Below, piece by piece: positions 48,353-61,900 of a stretch of 64,000 nucleotides of DNA. A program made the translations under genes and the position numbers. How positions within the stretch are numbered: position 1 is the stretch's first letter; every line of letters begins with the position of its first letter. The notes under the pieces were generated by a model. It saw only the letters and a list, made by a program, of their open reading frames with translations, was not told where the DNA came from and did not search any database. The stretch is from Heteronotia binoei (Eukaryota), in NCBI RefSeq assembly GCF_032191835.1, contig NC_083229.1:46500001-46564000 (forward strand), given 5' to 3'.

Positions 48353-50139
48353 TGCTGGCTAACAATATTTATTAAAATCATTTTAAAACCCTTTGCAAAT
48401 ATCTTTTTGCACTTCATATTATGACAGAGATCCATTCTCACATTTCAATATGACAAAAGAAGTCCTATGTACACCCGAATGTAAGCTCATTTCATCAATG
48501 GACTTTCTCAGGAGTAATCCTTCATAAAATTCTTCCATGGTTACCAGCCTTTTGTTACAACCCAATGTGAATGCTCTTCTTCAAGTTCTTTCATCCTGGA
48601 ATACACCAAAATACTAACAACAAGGCATACTACAAAGCTGAATGGAAATACATATTTCTTGAGATTTTATATTGTTGTAAAAAAACTTACCACTCAATGA
48701 CACTTAAGTGCATGTGCTTCTATTTGGAGCTTAAGCCAGTCCAAACTTATTTTTTTTAGCCAGATGCACAAGCCCTCTGGAGTTGTTGGTCTTTAAGGCT
48801 CTCTACAATATTTTTATTGGAAGCAAGCTGTTCTTTTAGATGGCCAATTGCTCTTCTACTCTCTATATTAATTATTTTTAATTATTTTTTTAATTTTAAT
48901 TTTGAGTAAGCCATTCCTTTGACAGCAAATTAGCTCAAAGCCACTTAAGTGTAAGGCCAGTCCTATGCCTCTACTAAATGCAAAAATCTCTTAAGAGTCT
49001 ATTGGCAATGTCCTAAGCAAAAGACTGAAACTCTAACTCTACTTTAAAGACCATTCTGATAATTCCAAGCAGCTGCATGTTACATATTTCTTTCTTAAAG
49101 GTATAACAATGACAAAAATTCTTCTAGGCTGAAACCCCATACAATACATCCAATTAAATGCCAGTGACCAGGGGGAACCTGGGAACTCTACTGATAATTC
49201 ACACACATCTGCATCTGCTAGTAGGTAACAACACCATACTTCCAGTGAACTATAGGAACAAGTGGCAATTATACCTGCATAAATCTAATTTATTTATTTA
49301 CCTACTTCCTTTATACCTTGCCTTTCTCCTCAGAGCACCTTATATCATTGTCCTCTCTTCCATTTTATCCTTGCTAGACTGCAGTTCACCAACCAAGCTT
49401 CCATGGCTGCAGGGATTCTAACCTGAGGCTCCCAGATCCTAGCCCAACACTTTAAACCACTAATTTGCTGCAATATAAATTGCAAATTAAGTGAAATCAA
49501 ACATATTGCTGAATTGATAATCAAATTAGACAGCATTGGATTTGGTTGGTTCCATGCCATCTGTTTAGCTCGAGACTGCTACAACACATTTAGTAAATTT
49601 TTAAAGATAATCCAGATGCAAAATTTTCTATGTTGCTTTCCTGCATTTTCCTGTATGTGGTATTTTTTAAACTTAAAATAGGCTCTCCTGTTTGGATACT
49701 TAAAGTGGTATTAAGGCTTCCCAGTACTACTGTACCTTTTAGTATTTAATTCTTCCTTCTTCCATTAAATAATATAATTATTTCCTGTTTTCTCCTGCAC
49801 CTCTCATGAATAATTGTAAATTCTCATCTCTTGTTTCCTGGGGAGAGGGGCTTAAGTATCACTTTGCACTTTTTAGCCAGCTGAACTCAGCACCAATCTT
49901 TTTTAAAATGGCCATTCTTTAATAATTATACTGTTGCCATCACTGCAAATAAAATACAGTAGTGTAGCACCAGCCTGAACTACATGAAAATGTTACTTAC
50001 ATACAAAATTTAGAATCAGGCAGCCTCGTCTATAAATCAGTAATAGTTCAATTAAAAATTGTTCATGATCAAATTGAAGTTGCCCCCATCAAACAAGTAG
50101 GATGAAGAGGACCAGGGGCTGAATCAGCAAAATGGCAAG

Positions 50140-50325
50140 AAGAGGAAGAGGGAGGAGGAGGAGATTGGATTTATACCCCACCCTTCACTATCCAAAGGAA
50201 TCTCAGAGCAGTTTATAATCGCCTTTATTTCCCCTCCCCACAACAGACACTCCGTGACGTAGGTGGAGCTGAGAGAGCTTCCAAGAACTGCTTCTGAGCA
50301 GAACAGCTCCAAGATCACTACACAA
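50140..50325 (-). mobile_element. Squam3-like SINE, 3' part
   Basis: Reverse complement of the Squam3 3' half with purine-repeat tail. Confidence 0.7.
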
Positions 50326-50906
50326 GTGTTCTAGATTCTAGCAATGCAGGCAGATATGCAGGAGTCAATGTGCCAACCAGTTTATTTTCAAGTACATGAC
50401 TCAACTGCTTCATGACTTAATATGTAGGGAACCCACAGCACAGTCCTCTACAAGCTAATGAGCTGGGTCCAGCATGATGGGAAAATTAGGGGTCTGTAGC
50501 AGGAGTGTGGAAACTGGCCAACTGCCTCACTCCCTTCCATTAATGGAAAATTTAGCCTTGATCCAACCCAATAGTTGTTGTTGGCATTCTGTTCTTCAGT
50601 GCATATGCCATGCCTATGAGACATTTTGACTTATCTGTACCACTTATTCTTAACTCTCCATGCAAAGAATACAACGTGCCTATAAAATCCTTCTTTAAGA
50701 GATCAAGCACATGCCCTTCTGATATCTCTGATAAACTTTCTGATAAATATATATATATATATCTTGTCCTGCTTGGAGACATTTGATGCCCATTCCAAGA
50801 ACATTCCATTTTGAAACACCTAGTCTCTGCATCAAGAACCATCTGCCATCAGCTCATTCCATATGGTTTGCAGCTCCTGATATAAACCTGAACCTGAACT
50901 AGAACC

Positions 50907-51077
50907 AGGCCTCAGATTCAGTGGGAACTCACAGGAGCACAGCTCCTGAATCTTTCTGAGCGTTCCACCTCCTCCTTCTGAGAGTTCCACCTCCTTGTCC
51001 ATTGAATAGTATGTGCAGCTGCATAACAATCCCTGCGTGAGCTCCACCACCTATTTTTCTACAAAATGACCTCTGAC
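50907..51077. mobile_element. Short DNA-transposon-like repeat (hAT MITE-like)
   Basis: CAGGCCTCAGATTCAG...CTACAAAATGACCTCTG; family assignment from recollection only. Confidence 0.45.
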
Positions 51078-51372
51078 TAGAACTAAAATATGAAATGCTA
51101 AGCCTTTCCCAGGTTCATTCCATAAGCATCTGAGCCTGTGTCCATACTATTCCATCTTTGTATAAACAGCAGTAGTTTTCCTAAAAGACTACTTGTACAC
51201 CAGAGACAATTTTTCATTGCAGTGTTAAACTACAGGAGAGTGTTCAGTGTGACTCAGGTGTGTTCTCAATTTGCAAGAGGTCACACTTGGGCTCCATTTA
51301 CACTTTACAAAGCCCATGGAACTGCTTTTGCCTCTGTTCTAAAAATCAGCAGCGCCAATAGTGGCTCCATCA

Positions 51373-52054
51373 TAGGCTTGCCAATCCCCAGGTCCCAGTG
51401 GGGGTTCTTTCGCTTTCCCAGGCTCCTTCCCGCCCCCAATCAGCTGGCTGGTGGGGGGAAGCCCCACCCCCAGAGGACCATGTGCCTTTCCACCTCCGGA
51501 GGCTTCAGTCTCAGATTGAAAGGCTTCCTCTTGGGATGGTGTGTCTGTGTTACTTTGAAGAAGCTGGCAGCAACTTGTGAGTAGAGAGGCCAATCCCTCG
51601 CTTCAGAGTCACCAGAAACAGAGGGGGGGGAGGGAAACGTCTGCTGAGCACTTCATTATTCCCTATGTGGAGATCGATTCTCATAGGGTATAATGGGGAA
51701 TTGATCTGGAGGTTTCAGGGGCTCTGGGGGAACTGTTTTTTGAACTAGAGGCACCAAATTTTCAGTATAGTATCTAGTGCCTCTCCCCAAAGTACCCCCT
51801 AAGTTTCAAAACAATTGGACCAGGGGGTCCAATTCTATGAGCCCCAAAAGAAGGTGCCCCTATCCTTCATTATTTCCTATGGAAGGAAGACATTTAAAAA
51901 GGTGTGCTGTCCCTTTAAATGTGATGGCCACATTTGGCCACACTTGGAGTTCAATTATGCTTGTCACACCCTTGTTCCTGGCTCTGCCCCCAATGTCTCC
52001 TGGCTCCACCCCCAAAGTCCCCAGATATTTCTTGAATTGGACTTGGCAACTCTA
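51373..52054 (+). mobile_element. 682-bp non-autonomous hAT element (same family as 9572-10263)
   Basis: TIRs TAGGCTTGCCAA / TTGGCAACTCTA; perfect 8-bp TSD CTCCATCA at 51365-51372 and 52055-52062. Confidence 0.9.
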
Positions 52055-52756
52055 CTCCATCAGCTGGTTTGAGGAAGAGAAAACAGAAGAGGAAGCTACA
52101 GCTGTTTCTCCTGTGTGACAAAATGGTGTGGCACAAAGCCCCATCTCACCTCAATCTTGTTGCCTTAGCAACATGCTCCTCCTTCAATTTCCCATTCAGA
52201 CTAAACACAGCTTTTTAAACCTTCATTTTGAATGGTGGGGGAAGAGGAAACATCTCATTGTTGAGACAACCAGACCAGTATTTCCTGTCTTATTACATTA
52301 TACTGCTAGAAAAATAAGGAGCATCAGTCTAGTTGCCTTGGCAACTGGCCAATGTGTTCCATCATGTGCTGATTGGTTGAGTTTTTTGTAATGAATGAAG
52401 AGGTAATAAATGGAACAATGCCAATAAGGGGAGCAGCAGCATATAAGGCTTTGCATGGAAAACTACACGTGTTAATCACTGGACGACTACCACTTAAAGT
52501 GAAATAGCCAACATGGACCAAGAATCACAGACAGATAATATGCAATACTTTAGGCTTGATACTTTTCAGAGGAGTCAACTCACACACTGAGCTGCATAGG
52601 ACTGCACTGTCAGTGGTAGTGTAAGAATGATAAAAAAGCTAATTTCTCACAAAACTATGGCAAAAATTAATTACATAATAATTGAAAATGCTTTGCAAAT
52701 AGTTAAAAGCTATGCAAACTGAAAACATGTGCATCACCATTAAAATACTCATTGTA

Positions 52757-52780
52757 TGTGTGTGTGTGTGTGTGTGTGTT
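52757..52780. repeat. (TG)n microsatellite
   Basis: Visible TG run. Confidence 0.9.
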
Positions 52781-55604
52781 TGTTAAGTGCTGTCAAGCCC
52801 CTTTCAAATTTTGAATTAATGACCTCCAAAATGTCCTATTGTTAACAATCTTGCTTAGGTCTTGCGAACTGAGGGTTGTGCCTTCCTTGACTTAAGCACT
52901 TATTAAGGACAAGGACTTCAAGGACTTAAGCACTTATTAAGACAGATAATACAATAATTAACTTATGCTGTTTTATTTGTCTGGAATGTTTTTATTTATT
53001 TATTTGCTCCACTTAAAGATCTTTCACCAAGAGCTCTCAAAGTGGTTTACAATAAAAAAAAAATAAACAATTCACAATTAAGTTACATCAGGTAAATCAG
53101 TTACAGAAAAGGTGACACTGGAGATTTTGTGAAAGTCTCAGGCAAATGCCATTTCCATTGCAATGACACATTTAAAAAAAAAATGAGTACCATTTTTTCT
53201 CATTCTGGGAATATTTGGCTGAGCAATACTGATACTCGCATATCAAAATGCCTGTTCAAAAACTGATTATGTGTTGGGCACCGTGAAGGGCGCTGGGTGT
53301 TTTGGTATGACAAGCCGTATTATGTGTTCCAGCAACACTCTCAATGAACTTTGTCACACAGCTATTGTCCATCTTCTTGTCACTTATTTCAACTACATCT
53401 TTACACTACTTCCCAGTGCCCCACTCTTCTTATTGACTTTTTATAATAAATTTGATTTCTTCATAATGCTTCCTTTTGCTTATTATTTTTAACAGAGGCA
53501 TCTTGAGTGTCCTCTTTTTTTGCTTACGACATTTCGTCTCTTTTTTTTAAAGTTCTGTTTTCTGGATATAAGCTACCTACATTCCCTCAACTACCTTCAT
53601 CAATAAATAAGTTTTGTATTTTATTGTAGGGCAGCAGTCCCCCCCCCCTTTTTTTTATTTTCTCCCTTGCATCAATGTGAAAAGCAGTCATTCCACCACC
53701 ACTACACATTTTGGTGTATTCAACTGCACCTATGGAACAGCTGATGCTCAGCAATGCTGTGTATTCATCAGACAAAAGCAACATGAAATTCATGTGGTCA
53801 TCCATGTGCTCCTTTATTAATTGGCTTCTGCTCCAGTTTTATGAAACCTAGCACCCTGTGGACATTTTCCTCACCCCCTATTTCCCAACCAGACAGCTAG
53901 GGTTCCATGGATTTTTAATAGCTGTTCAGCAGAAACTATAGCAGTACAGTAAGTCTTCAAGCATGAAAGGTATTCTTTCCACATTTCAACCACTGTACCT
54001 TTTCCTACAGCTGTACAAACTCAGTGTTTCTATTATAGAACTTACGCACACGTTGTTGGGCAACCTGTCAACAACTTGCCTGCCTTTATCTCTGGGCCAG
54101 CAGCATTTGTTGAGCCATAAACTGAGAGGTGCTGTAGCTGCTGGTGGCTACTCACACCACTCTTGTTTCATGTGGCAAGAAAAGATATGCTTTGATGATG
54201 GCTTTTTCTCCAAAGATTTTTTTTTCCAAGAGAGAAATTCAATTCCACAGAAGAAAAACGTACACAATTACACTAGGCAGACAAAGCACTAGAGATCTGG
54301 GAGTACAGAACATACAAAACATACAAAAACGATTGCCTCTTCCATGTTCAAAAAGAAAATCTGCAGGCCCTGCCATCTTTTTATTCTACAGAGGCTCTTG
54401 AAGCAGCATCTGTAGCTTTCATTTCTCCATTTTATCCTTGTAACAACCATGTTAAATAAGTGAGACTGAAACAGAGGGATGAGACCAAGGTCATGCCATG
54501 AGTTCATGGCTGAATGGTGATTTGAACTCAAGTCTCTCTAGTCCTACTCTGGCACTCCAACTACTGGGACATCCTGGATCTACAGAATTGGAATCCATTC
54601 AGCACGTGTGAGGCTTCATCGTTCCTTTGAAAACAAATTTTTATCTATATAATTGAGTGCAACTAATAACAATTCCTCATAAATCATGATTCATAAAGTG
54701 AAACTCAGGAGAAGGAAAATATGTTACTGTTTTCTATGATGATAGTGGGAAACAGAAAGAGGAATATTGGATGAAAGTACCCCCTGATCTCACATGCCAC
54801 TCTTTTTAAGTCCATTAATTCCTCTGATAGCCCAACCCACACTAGCATCCAAAGTGGATAAAAACAATCAAGAACAACCACATGTCTCCAATTTATATTT
54901 CCTATTTCAGCTTCTGTTCTAATTAATTTTAAAACACTTCCTGGACATATTCTTATCCACTCAGCATTAAGCAAAATGCTTTCCTGGGTTCAAAAATGCT
55001 TCAAAATTTACCACATTATTTTCTACCTTATTGTTACATAGTCCCCCCCCCCCTTTCTTACCTAGTTTCTTCTCCATTCCCCAACATAATGAATGGTCAA
55101 AGAACATAGCTGCAAGGAGGCAAAAACATTTCTGAACACAACAGAACTTTGGAGATCAAGGGCTATATTGTCTTAGTTTACACAAATAACTTCTAGATTT
55201 CAAAGAAAACTAAGGTGCTACTGGGCTCTTGCTCTTTTCTGTTGCTACTGACAGACTGACACAGTTACCCATCTTGAACAAAGTCTCAAGAAGCAAAGAT
55301 ATAAATGTAAAATACAGATGAAGAGCCAGTGTCAAAATAAAGGAACATTAAGTGAGAAGTGTTCAATTTATTTTAAATTTGTTGTGTTGCTCCATTCATC
55401 TTTTTTTGTACCCCAATGCTCTTCTACTCAAGTTTTGCATAACATCCAAATGTGACCCCCCCCCACACACACAAGTGGGTAGATTCTTTTATAACCTTTG
55501 TCTCTCAATGGTACTTCATAAGCAAATTTGCAAGAAGGGGAAGAGAAGGATCATGGTGGGTTACAGAGCACTAGAACATAGTATAGGGACATGTTTTATT
55601 CTTT

Positions 55605-55810
55605 AGAACATAAGGAAATAAGAGAAGCCATGTGTGATCAGGTAAATGCCCCATCCAATCCAACACTCTGTGTCACTCAGTGGCCAAAAACCCCAAGTGC
55701 TATCAGGAGCTCCATCTGTAGGACCAGGACCTCCTGATGGCACCTGGTTTTTTTGGCCACTGTGTGACACATAGTGTTGGACTGAATGGGCCACTGGATG
55801 GGCTTCAGCA
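55605..55810. repeat. Inverted pair of CR1 3'UTR fragments forming a hairpin
   Basis: 55651-55709 is the near-complement of 55731-55789; the left end carries the CR1 tail taagagaagcc. Confidence 0.75.
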
Positions 55811-56090
55811 AATGAAGTGTTTCCAATAAAAGGCTTTTGTCTGGATGATCAAATGTCAACCAAAGAGTTAATTATCTGATCTCCAAAGTTATGTCATTTT
55901 AATCATCAGCATGTTATAACTTGGATTTTGTTGCTGCTGTTTATTTTTTAATAAAGTATCAGTGCTAAGTTAAACCAGAAATCTCCAATATGGTGCCGGT
56001 GGGCCCCATGGCACCTGCTGACATCTTTCCTGGAGCCCACCAAGTGTTTTTAGAAATGGATGTGGTTAGGTGATGACCAACAAGGCTCCA

Positions 56091-56352
56091 GAGAGCCAGT
56101 CTGGTGTAGTGGTTAAGTGTGCAAACTTTTATCTGGGAGAACCAGGTTTGATTCCCCACTCCTCCACTTGCAGCTGCTGGAATAGCCTTGGGTTAGCCAT
56201 AGCTATCACAGGTGTTGTCCCTGGAAGGGCAGCTGCGATGAGAGCCCTCACAGGGTATCTGTTGTGGGGGAGAAGATACAGGCGATTGTAAGCCACTCTG
56301 AGTCTCTGATTCAGAGAGAAGGGCAGGGTATAAATCTGCAGTCTTCTTCTTT
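56091..56352 (+). mobile_element. Squam3-like SINE
   Basis: GAGAGCCAGTCTGGTGTAGTGGTTAAG...GGGCAGGGTATAAATC-(TCT)n. Confidence 0.88.
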
Positions 56353-56646
56353 TTCATGACCACTGGAGTTCTGATTGTCTATGCAGTTTTTTTTTAGTTT
56401 TTTTTTTAAACTGCTTCAGCAACTGCTGCCACCACAGCACAACTTCATGGTGTGACTGAAGGTAAGCTGTGTGTAAGAAAATATTTTTAATTTTTATACA
56501 ATATGTTTATTTGAAAATGCATTGCTAAGCAGAGTTTCTGCCTGAAACACTGAAGAATTACTATTAGAGTTATGCCTAACCTCACTCCCCAATATTTTGT
56601 GGTTGGCTCTGCTTCCTCCTGTGGCAGCTATTTTGTGGTTCCCTGT

Positions 56647-57170
56647 TAGGCTTGTGTATCCGCAGGTCCTGGTTTTTCAGACTCCTCTCTACCACCAGTA
56701 GGTATAGAAGAGGCTTGCGGCTGTTTGTGTTTCTGAATGTGTGTGTGCCTTTAAATCTTAGTGGGGGGGGAGGTGAGCAGACAAAGCCACATTGCTCTCA
56801 GTTCCTTTGTTTGTTTGGAGGAAAATTCCACCCTCTAGGCTGTTTTTTCATTTTCTTATGAGTCTGAAGAAGTTGATTGAAATGCAGCAGATAGTTACAT
56901 TAAGCAATGTGAGTAAATTGTCCCAGTGAGATCACAAAAGTGTGTGCATGCTGTGTTTATTTTGTCTGCTTTGTGAGGGAGTGTTCACTTTCATTTAGTG
57001 GAAGTATAGCTGCTGGGGTGAGAAAATGAAGACTGTAATCAGGGGAATTGCACTGCTGTATTTTTATTTATTTTAGGGAATGAGAAAGTCTCCTGGCTCC
57101 ATCCCAAAGTCTTCTAGCTCCACATCCAAACTCCCAGATATTTTTTTTTAAAGTTGGACCTGGCAACCCT
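56647..57170 (+). mobile_element. Decayed hAT element of the TAGGCTTGCCAA family
   Basis: Degenerate 5' end TAGGCTTGTGTATCCGCAGGTCC; 3' end GACCTGGCAACCCTG. Confidence 0.55.
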
Positions 57171-57761
57171 GTTCCTTGTGTCAGAATTCCAAAGGTGCCT
57201 GCAGACTCAAAAAAGTTTGTGAACCCACCCTGCACCTACAGGTCCCATTCACTGACCTCCTTAGCAGAAGATCTGCCCAGAGCCATTCATAAATCCTTGT
57301 GATTGGATAGTCCACTTGTTTGCTGGGTTCTCAATCACTTAGAAAAAGTTAGATCCACAGGACCTTATTCAAACCTTCTCTTGAATGTACAAAGATGAGG
57401 CCAGAACAAGCAGTCTCTTCGATACATGTTCAAAGTGCGTGTATACAGCAATTGGACACGTATTGAGCCCAGAAGCCACTTTCAGTACTCAAAATGTGTT
57501 GCTTGTGCCCAGCTGAGAATCTTCATTTTGACTGTCTTTAAGCTGTTGAATGCAAGATTCTATTTTGAATGCAAGGGCAACCTCTAAGACATGTGGTATA
57601 ATTTCAAGACAGTCTTCCAATGCTTAAAAGTTGCAGTTTGTCTGAATCTCATGTAGCTTAGATGTGTAGCAGTTCTACACATATACGCTTTGCAGGAAAT
57701 GTGCCATTGATAAAGACTTCTTACTAGATAACATCAGATAAAGAAAATATATGGTAAAATA

Positions 57762-58118
57762 CACATAGAATCATAGACTAATAGAGTTGGAAGGGCCTCC
57801 AGGGTCATCTAGTCCAACCCTCTGCACAATGCAGAAAGTTCACAAATTCCTCCCTTCAAATTCACAGGATCTGCATTGCTGTCAGATGGCCAACTAGCCT
57901 CTGTTAAAAAAAAACCTCCAAGGAAGGAGAGCCCACCATTTCCCAAGGAAGCCTGTTCCACTAAGGAAGCATTCTGTCAGGAAGTTCTTCCTAATGCTGA
58001 GCCAGGAAACTCTTCTGATTTAATTTCAGCCCACTGGTTCTGGTCCTACCTTCTGGGGCCACAGAAAACAATTCCACACCATCCTCAATATGACAGCCCT
58101 TCATGTACTTGAAGATGG
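57762..58118 (-). mobile_element. CR1 LINE 3' end (second CR1 family, ATTCTATG-type tail)
   Basis: Plus strand catagaatcatag tail; minus strand encodes IFKYMKGCHIEDGVELFSVAPEGRTRT. Confidence 0.8.
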
Positions 58119-58963
58119 TGCTAATATGACAGATTGCTTGTCAGCAGATTTATGCAAATTCCAATGCAAGAAGTAATTTCTGTACAGGCATGCTGGCATG
58201 TGTAAAATAACCCATTCAAGTCATAAAGTCTTGCTATTTAAATCAATGACAATGGAGGAAAATCACCTGTATTACAAACTCTGAGAAAGTTAGCATGTGT
58301 TTTATTCATAAAGTCTCAGTGCCAGTAAAATGGATTATTCACTTTAATACCTGTCATAACATTCATAAGCCTCTTAAAAGGTAACTATGAAAAAAAAACA
58401 TCAGTATTTAAATATATGGATTGATGTTAGCCTTTAACCTTAAAATATTACTCTTGCAGAAACATGTTGGAATTATAATCCAATTCCCTAACTACAACTG
58501 ATTAAATATTGTTTCAAAAAAGATATGTGTTCAAATACAGAGTTTGGCATATTTCCATTTTGTATCAAGGGTTGTCTTCTTACAACTAAAATTTCTCTAC
58601 TCCATACTTTTTGCAGAATCATTTTATAAACATATAATGCTCCACTGAATGTTTAATTATTTAGGATCCTTTAACAAAATCTCTATTGCATATAATCTTG
58701 GAGCTTCTAGGATTTCATACTATTCAAGATGGATGGATTTACAGTTGTCTCAAGTTTCCTAGTGGATAATCAGCAAACTTTATGAGATTCCAGACTGAAT
58801 TATCACTTTAAACTCAAGAAGCCAAGGAATATATCTGAGAACTCAAAGAATTCATCAACCAGACTGGAGAAAAACAGCCCTGCAAAGATACATAAATCTG
58901 TAAGGGATCATCAGATCTAAGATCATGCATGCTTAACAGCTTCCAGCAAATGTTTTGCTAATA

Positions 58964-61900
58964 TTTATTTTTATTTTATTTCATTTATATCCCGCCCTCC
59001 CCCACCACGGCAGGCTCAGGGCGGCTAACAACATTCTACAATCATACAATAACAAGTAAAACCTTAAAATTACAATATAGAGCAATAAAACATTAAAATA
59101 TTAACTTAAAACCAATCCAGTAATACAGTTGTGATGCGGTATAGATCTTTAGACCGCATTGGCGGACCCTTGGTTACCGTTTTTCCTAGCAGTCCGAGTA
59201 TGCTAATTTAAAAAGGGTGGTCTTGCAGGCCCTGCGGAACTGTTCAAGGTTCCGCAGGGCCCGCACCTCCTCTGGGAGTCGGTTCCACAGGGTAGGGGCC
59301 GCGATCGAAAAGGCCCGTGCTCTGGTACTCTGATATTTAATTTCCTTCGGCCCAGGGACAGTCATTAGGTTTTTCCCGGTTGACCTCAGTGCTCTCTGGG
59401 GTTCGTATGGGGAAAGACGGTCCCTCAGGTAGACAGGTCCTCGGCCATATAAGGCTTTAAAGGTAACGACCAACACTTTGTACTGGACCCGGTATATAAT
59501 CGGCAGCCAGTGCAGTCCACGTAGCCCCGGCTGTATATGTTCCCGTTTTGGGAGTCCCAACAACAGCCTGGCCGCCGCGTTCTGCACTAGCTGCAATCTC
59601 CGGGTCCGGCACAGAGGTAGCCCCAAGTAGAGGGCATTACAGTAGTCTAGTCTTGAGGTGACCGTTGCGTGATTCACTGTTGCGAGGTCCCGGCGCTCAA
59701 GGAAAGGGGCCAGCTGCCTTGCCCGCTTCAGATGGAAGAATGCTGACTTGGCAGTGGCTGCTATCTGGGCCTCCATCGATAGTGAAGGCTCCAGTAAAAC
59801 ACCCAGACTCTTTACCTGGCGCGCTGCTTTCAATGGCGCACCATCAAAGGTCGGGAGAGCTATTTCCCTTCCCAGAGCGCCGCGACCCACGCATAGGACC
59901 TCTGTCTTCGCTGGATTCAACTTCAGCCCACTCAGCCTGAGCCATGTCGCAACAGCCTGTAATGCCCGGTCGAGGTTCCCTGGGGCGGAGTCGGGCCATC
60001 CATCCATTAGTAGATAGAGCTGGGTGTCATCTGCATATTGATGGCAACCCAGCCCAAACCGCCGGGCAATCTGGGCAAGGGGGCGCATATAGATGTTAAA
60101 CAACATCGGGGAGAGAACTGCTCCCTGAGGCACCCCACAATCCAGTGTGCGCCTCCGGGACCGCTCGCTCCCGATAGCCACCCTCTGTCCCCGACCTAGG
60201 AGAAAGGAGGAAAGCCACTGCAAGGCCGACCCCTCAACCCCAATGTCGGCGAGGCGGCGCGTCAGTAACCGATGGTCGACTGTATCAAATGCAGCCGACA
60301 GGTCTAACAACATCAGTACCGCAACGCCGCCCCGATCCAGTTGCCGTTGGAGGTCATCCACTAAGGCGACCAGCACCGTCTCCGTCCCATGGCCCGGCCG
60401 GAAACCAGACTGACATGGGTCTAGGACAGAAGCGTCATCCAGAAACCCCTGTAGCTGCTGCGCCACGGCCCTCTCAATAATTTTACCTAAAAACGGTAAA
60501 TTGGACACCGGCCGGTAGTTCGCCAATTCAGCCGGGTCTGCTGTAACTTTTTTCAGGAGAGGGCGGACCAAAGCCTCTTTCAGAGGTGTTGGAAAATGCC
60601 CCTCTAAAAGGGATCTATTTATGATGTCCCGTAAAGGACATCTAAGCTCCCCTTGGCAGGATTTAATCAGCCAAGAGGGGCAAGGGTCCAGATCACATGT
60701 TGTCGGGCGAGCAGCAGAGAGGACTCTGTCGACTTCCTCCAGGCTGAGTGGGTCGAAGTGGTCCAGCACTAAACCCGAAGACAGGCACGGAGCCTCAATT
60801 TCACTCACTGTATCTAATGTGGTAGGCAGGTCTTGGCGGAGCAGCGAGATTTTATCTGCAAAATATTTCGCAAATGCCTCGCAGCCTATTTCTAATTCTC
60901 TAACATTTGGTTTGCCTTGTGGCAACGTTGTAAGATCCCCAATTATTCTAAATAATTGTGCTGGGCGCGAATTTGCAGATGCAATCTTGGTTGCAAAGTA
61001 ATCTTTCTTTGCAGCCTTGACTGCCATCTCATAAGACTTCATAAACGTTCTATAGGATGTTCTCGTTGCTTCGTCCCGAGTATGCCTCCATTGCCTCTCT
61101 AGTCGTCTGAGCCCTTGTTTCAGCTGGCGCAACTCCAAGGTGTACCATGGAGCCAGCTTCATACGAGGGCGCAGAGGGCGCCGGGGTGCAATTTCGTCGA
61201 TAGCCCTGGACAGCTGGCCCTGCCATATTTCCACCAGGTCATCGAGGGAATTGCCAGTGGGCCAGGGATCCCTCAGGGCCGTTTGGAACCGTTCCGGGTC
61301 CATCAGGCCCCGAGGGCGAGCCAAAATAGGCTCTCCGCCCATACAGGGTTGGGGCGGCATCCCCACACGGGCCTTAAGGGCTAGGTGATCCGACCATGGT
61401 ACCGCTTCTACGGCGATATCGTTCACCAAAATCCCGGCTGCAAAGATCAGGTCTAATGTGTGCCCGGCCTGATGCGTGGGAGTCGTAACAAATTGAGAGA
61501 GTCCCAGTGTCGCCATGGACGACACTAGGTCCATCGCCTGAATGGAGGCCGTGTCGTCGGCATGGACGTTGAAGTCACCCAGGACCATAAGCCTCGGGTA
61601 CTCCAACGCCCAGCCCGCCACTGCCTCCAATAGTGATGGTAAGGCGTTAGCTGGCGCGTTGGGCGGACGGTACACCAGCCAAACTGCCAACCCCTCTCCG
61701 ACATCCCATGCCAGACCGGTGCATTCAATCCCGTCAATCTTTGGGTCCGGGAGAGCCCGAAAGGAGTAATCCTCCCGTATGAGTAATGCTACCCCTCCCC
61801 CCCGCCCGCTCATCCGTGATTGGTGAAAGACCGAGTATCCTGGGGGGGACATCTGGGAGAGAGCTACTGTCTCCCCGTCCCTCACCCAGGTCTCGGTCAC

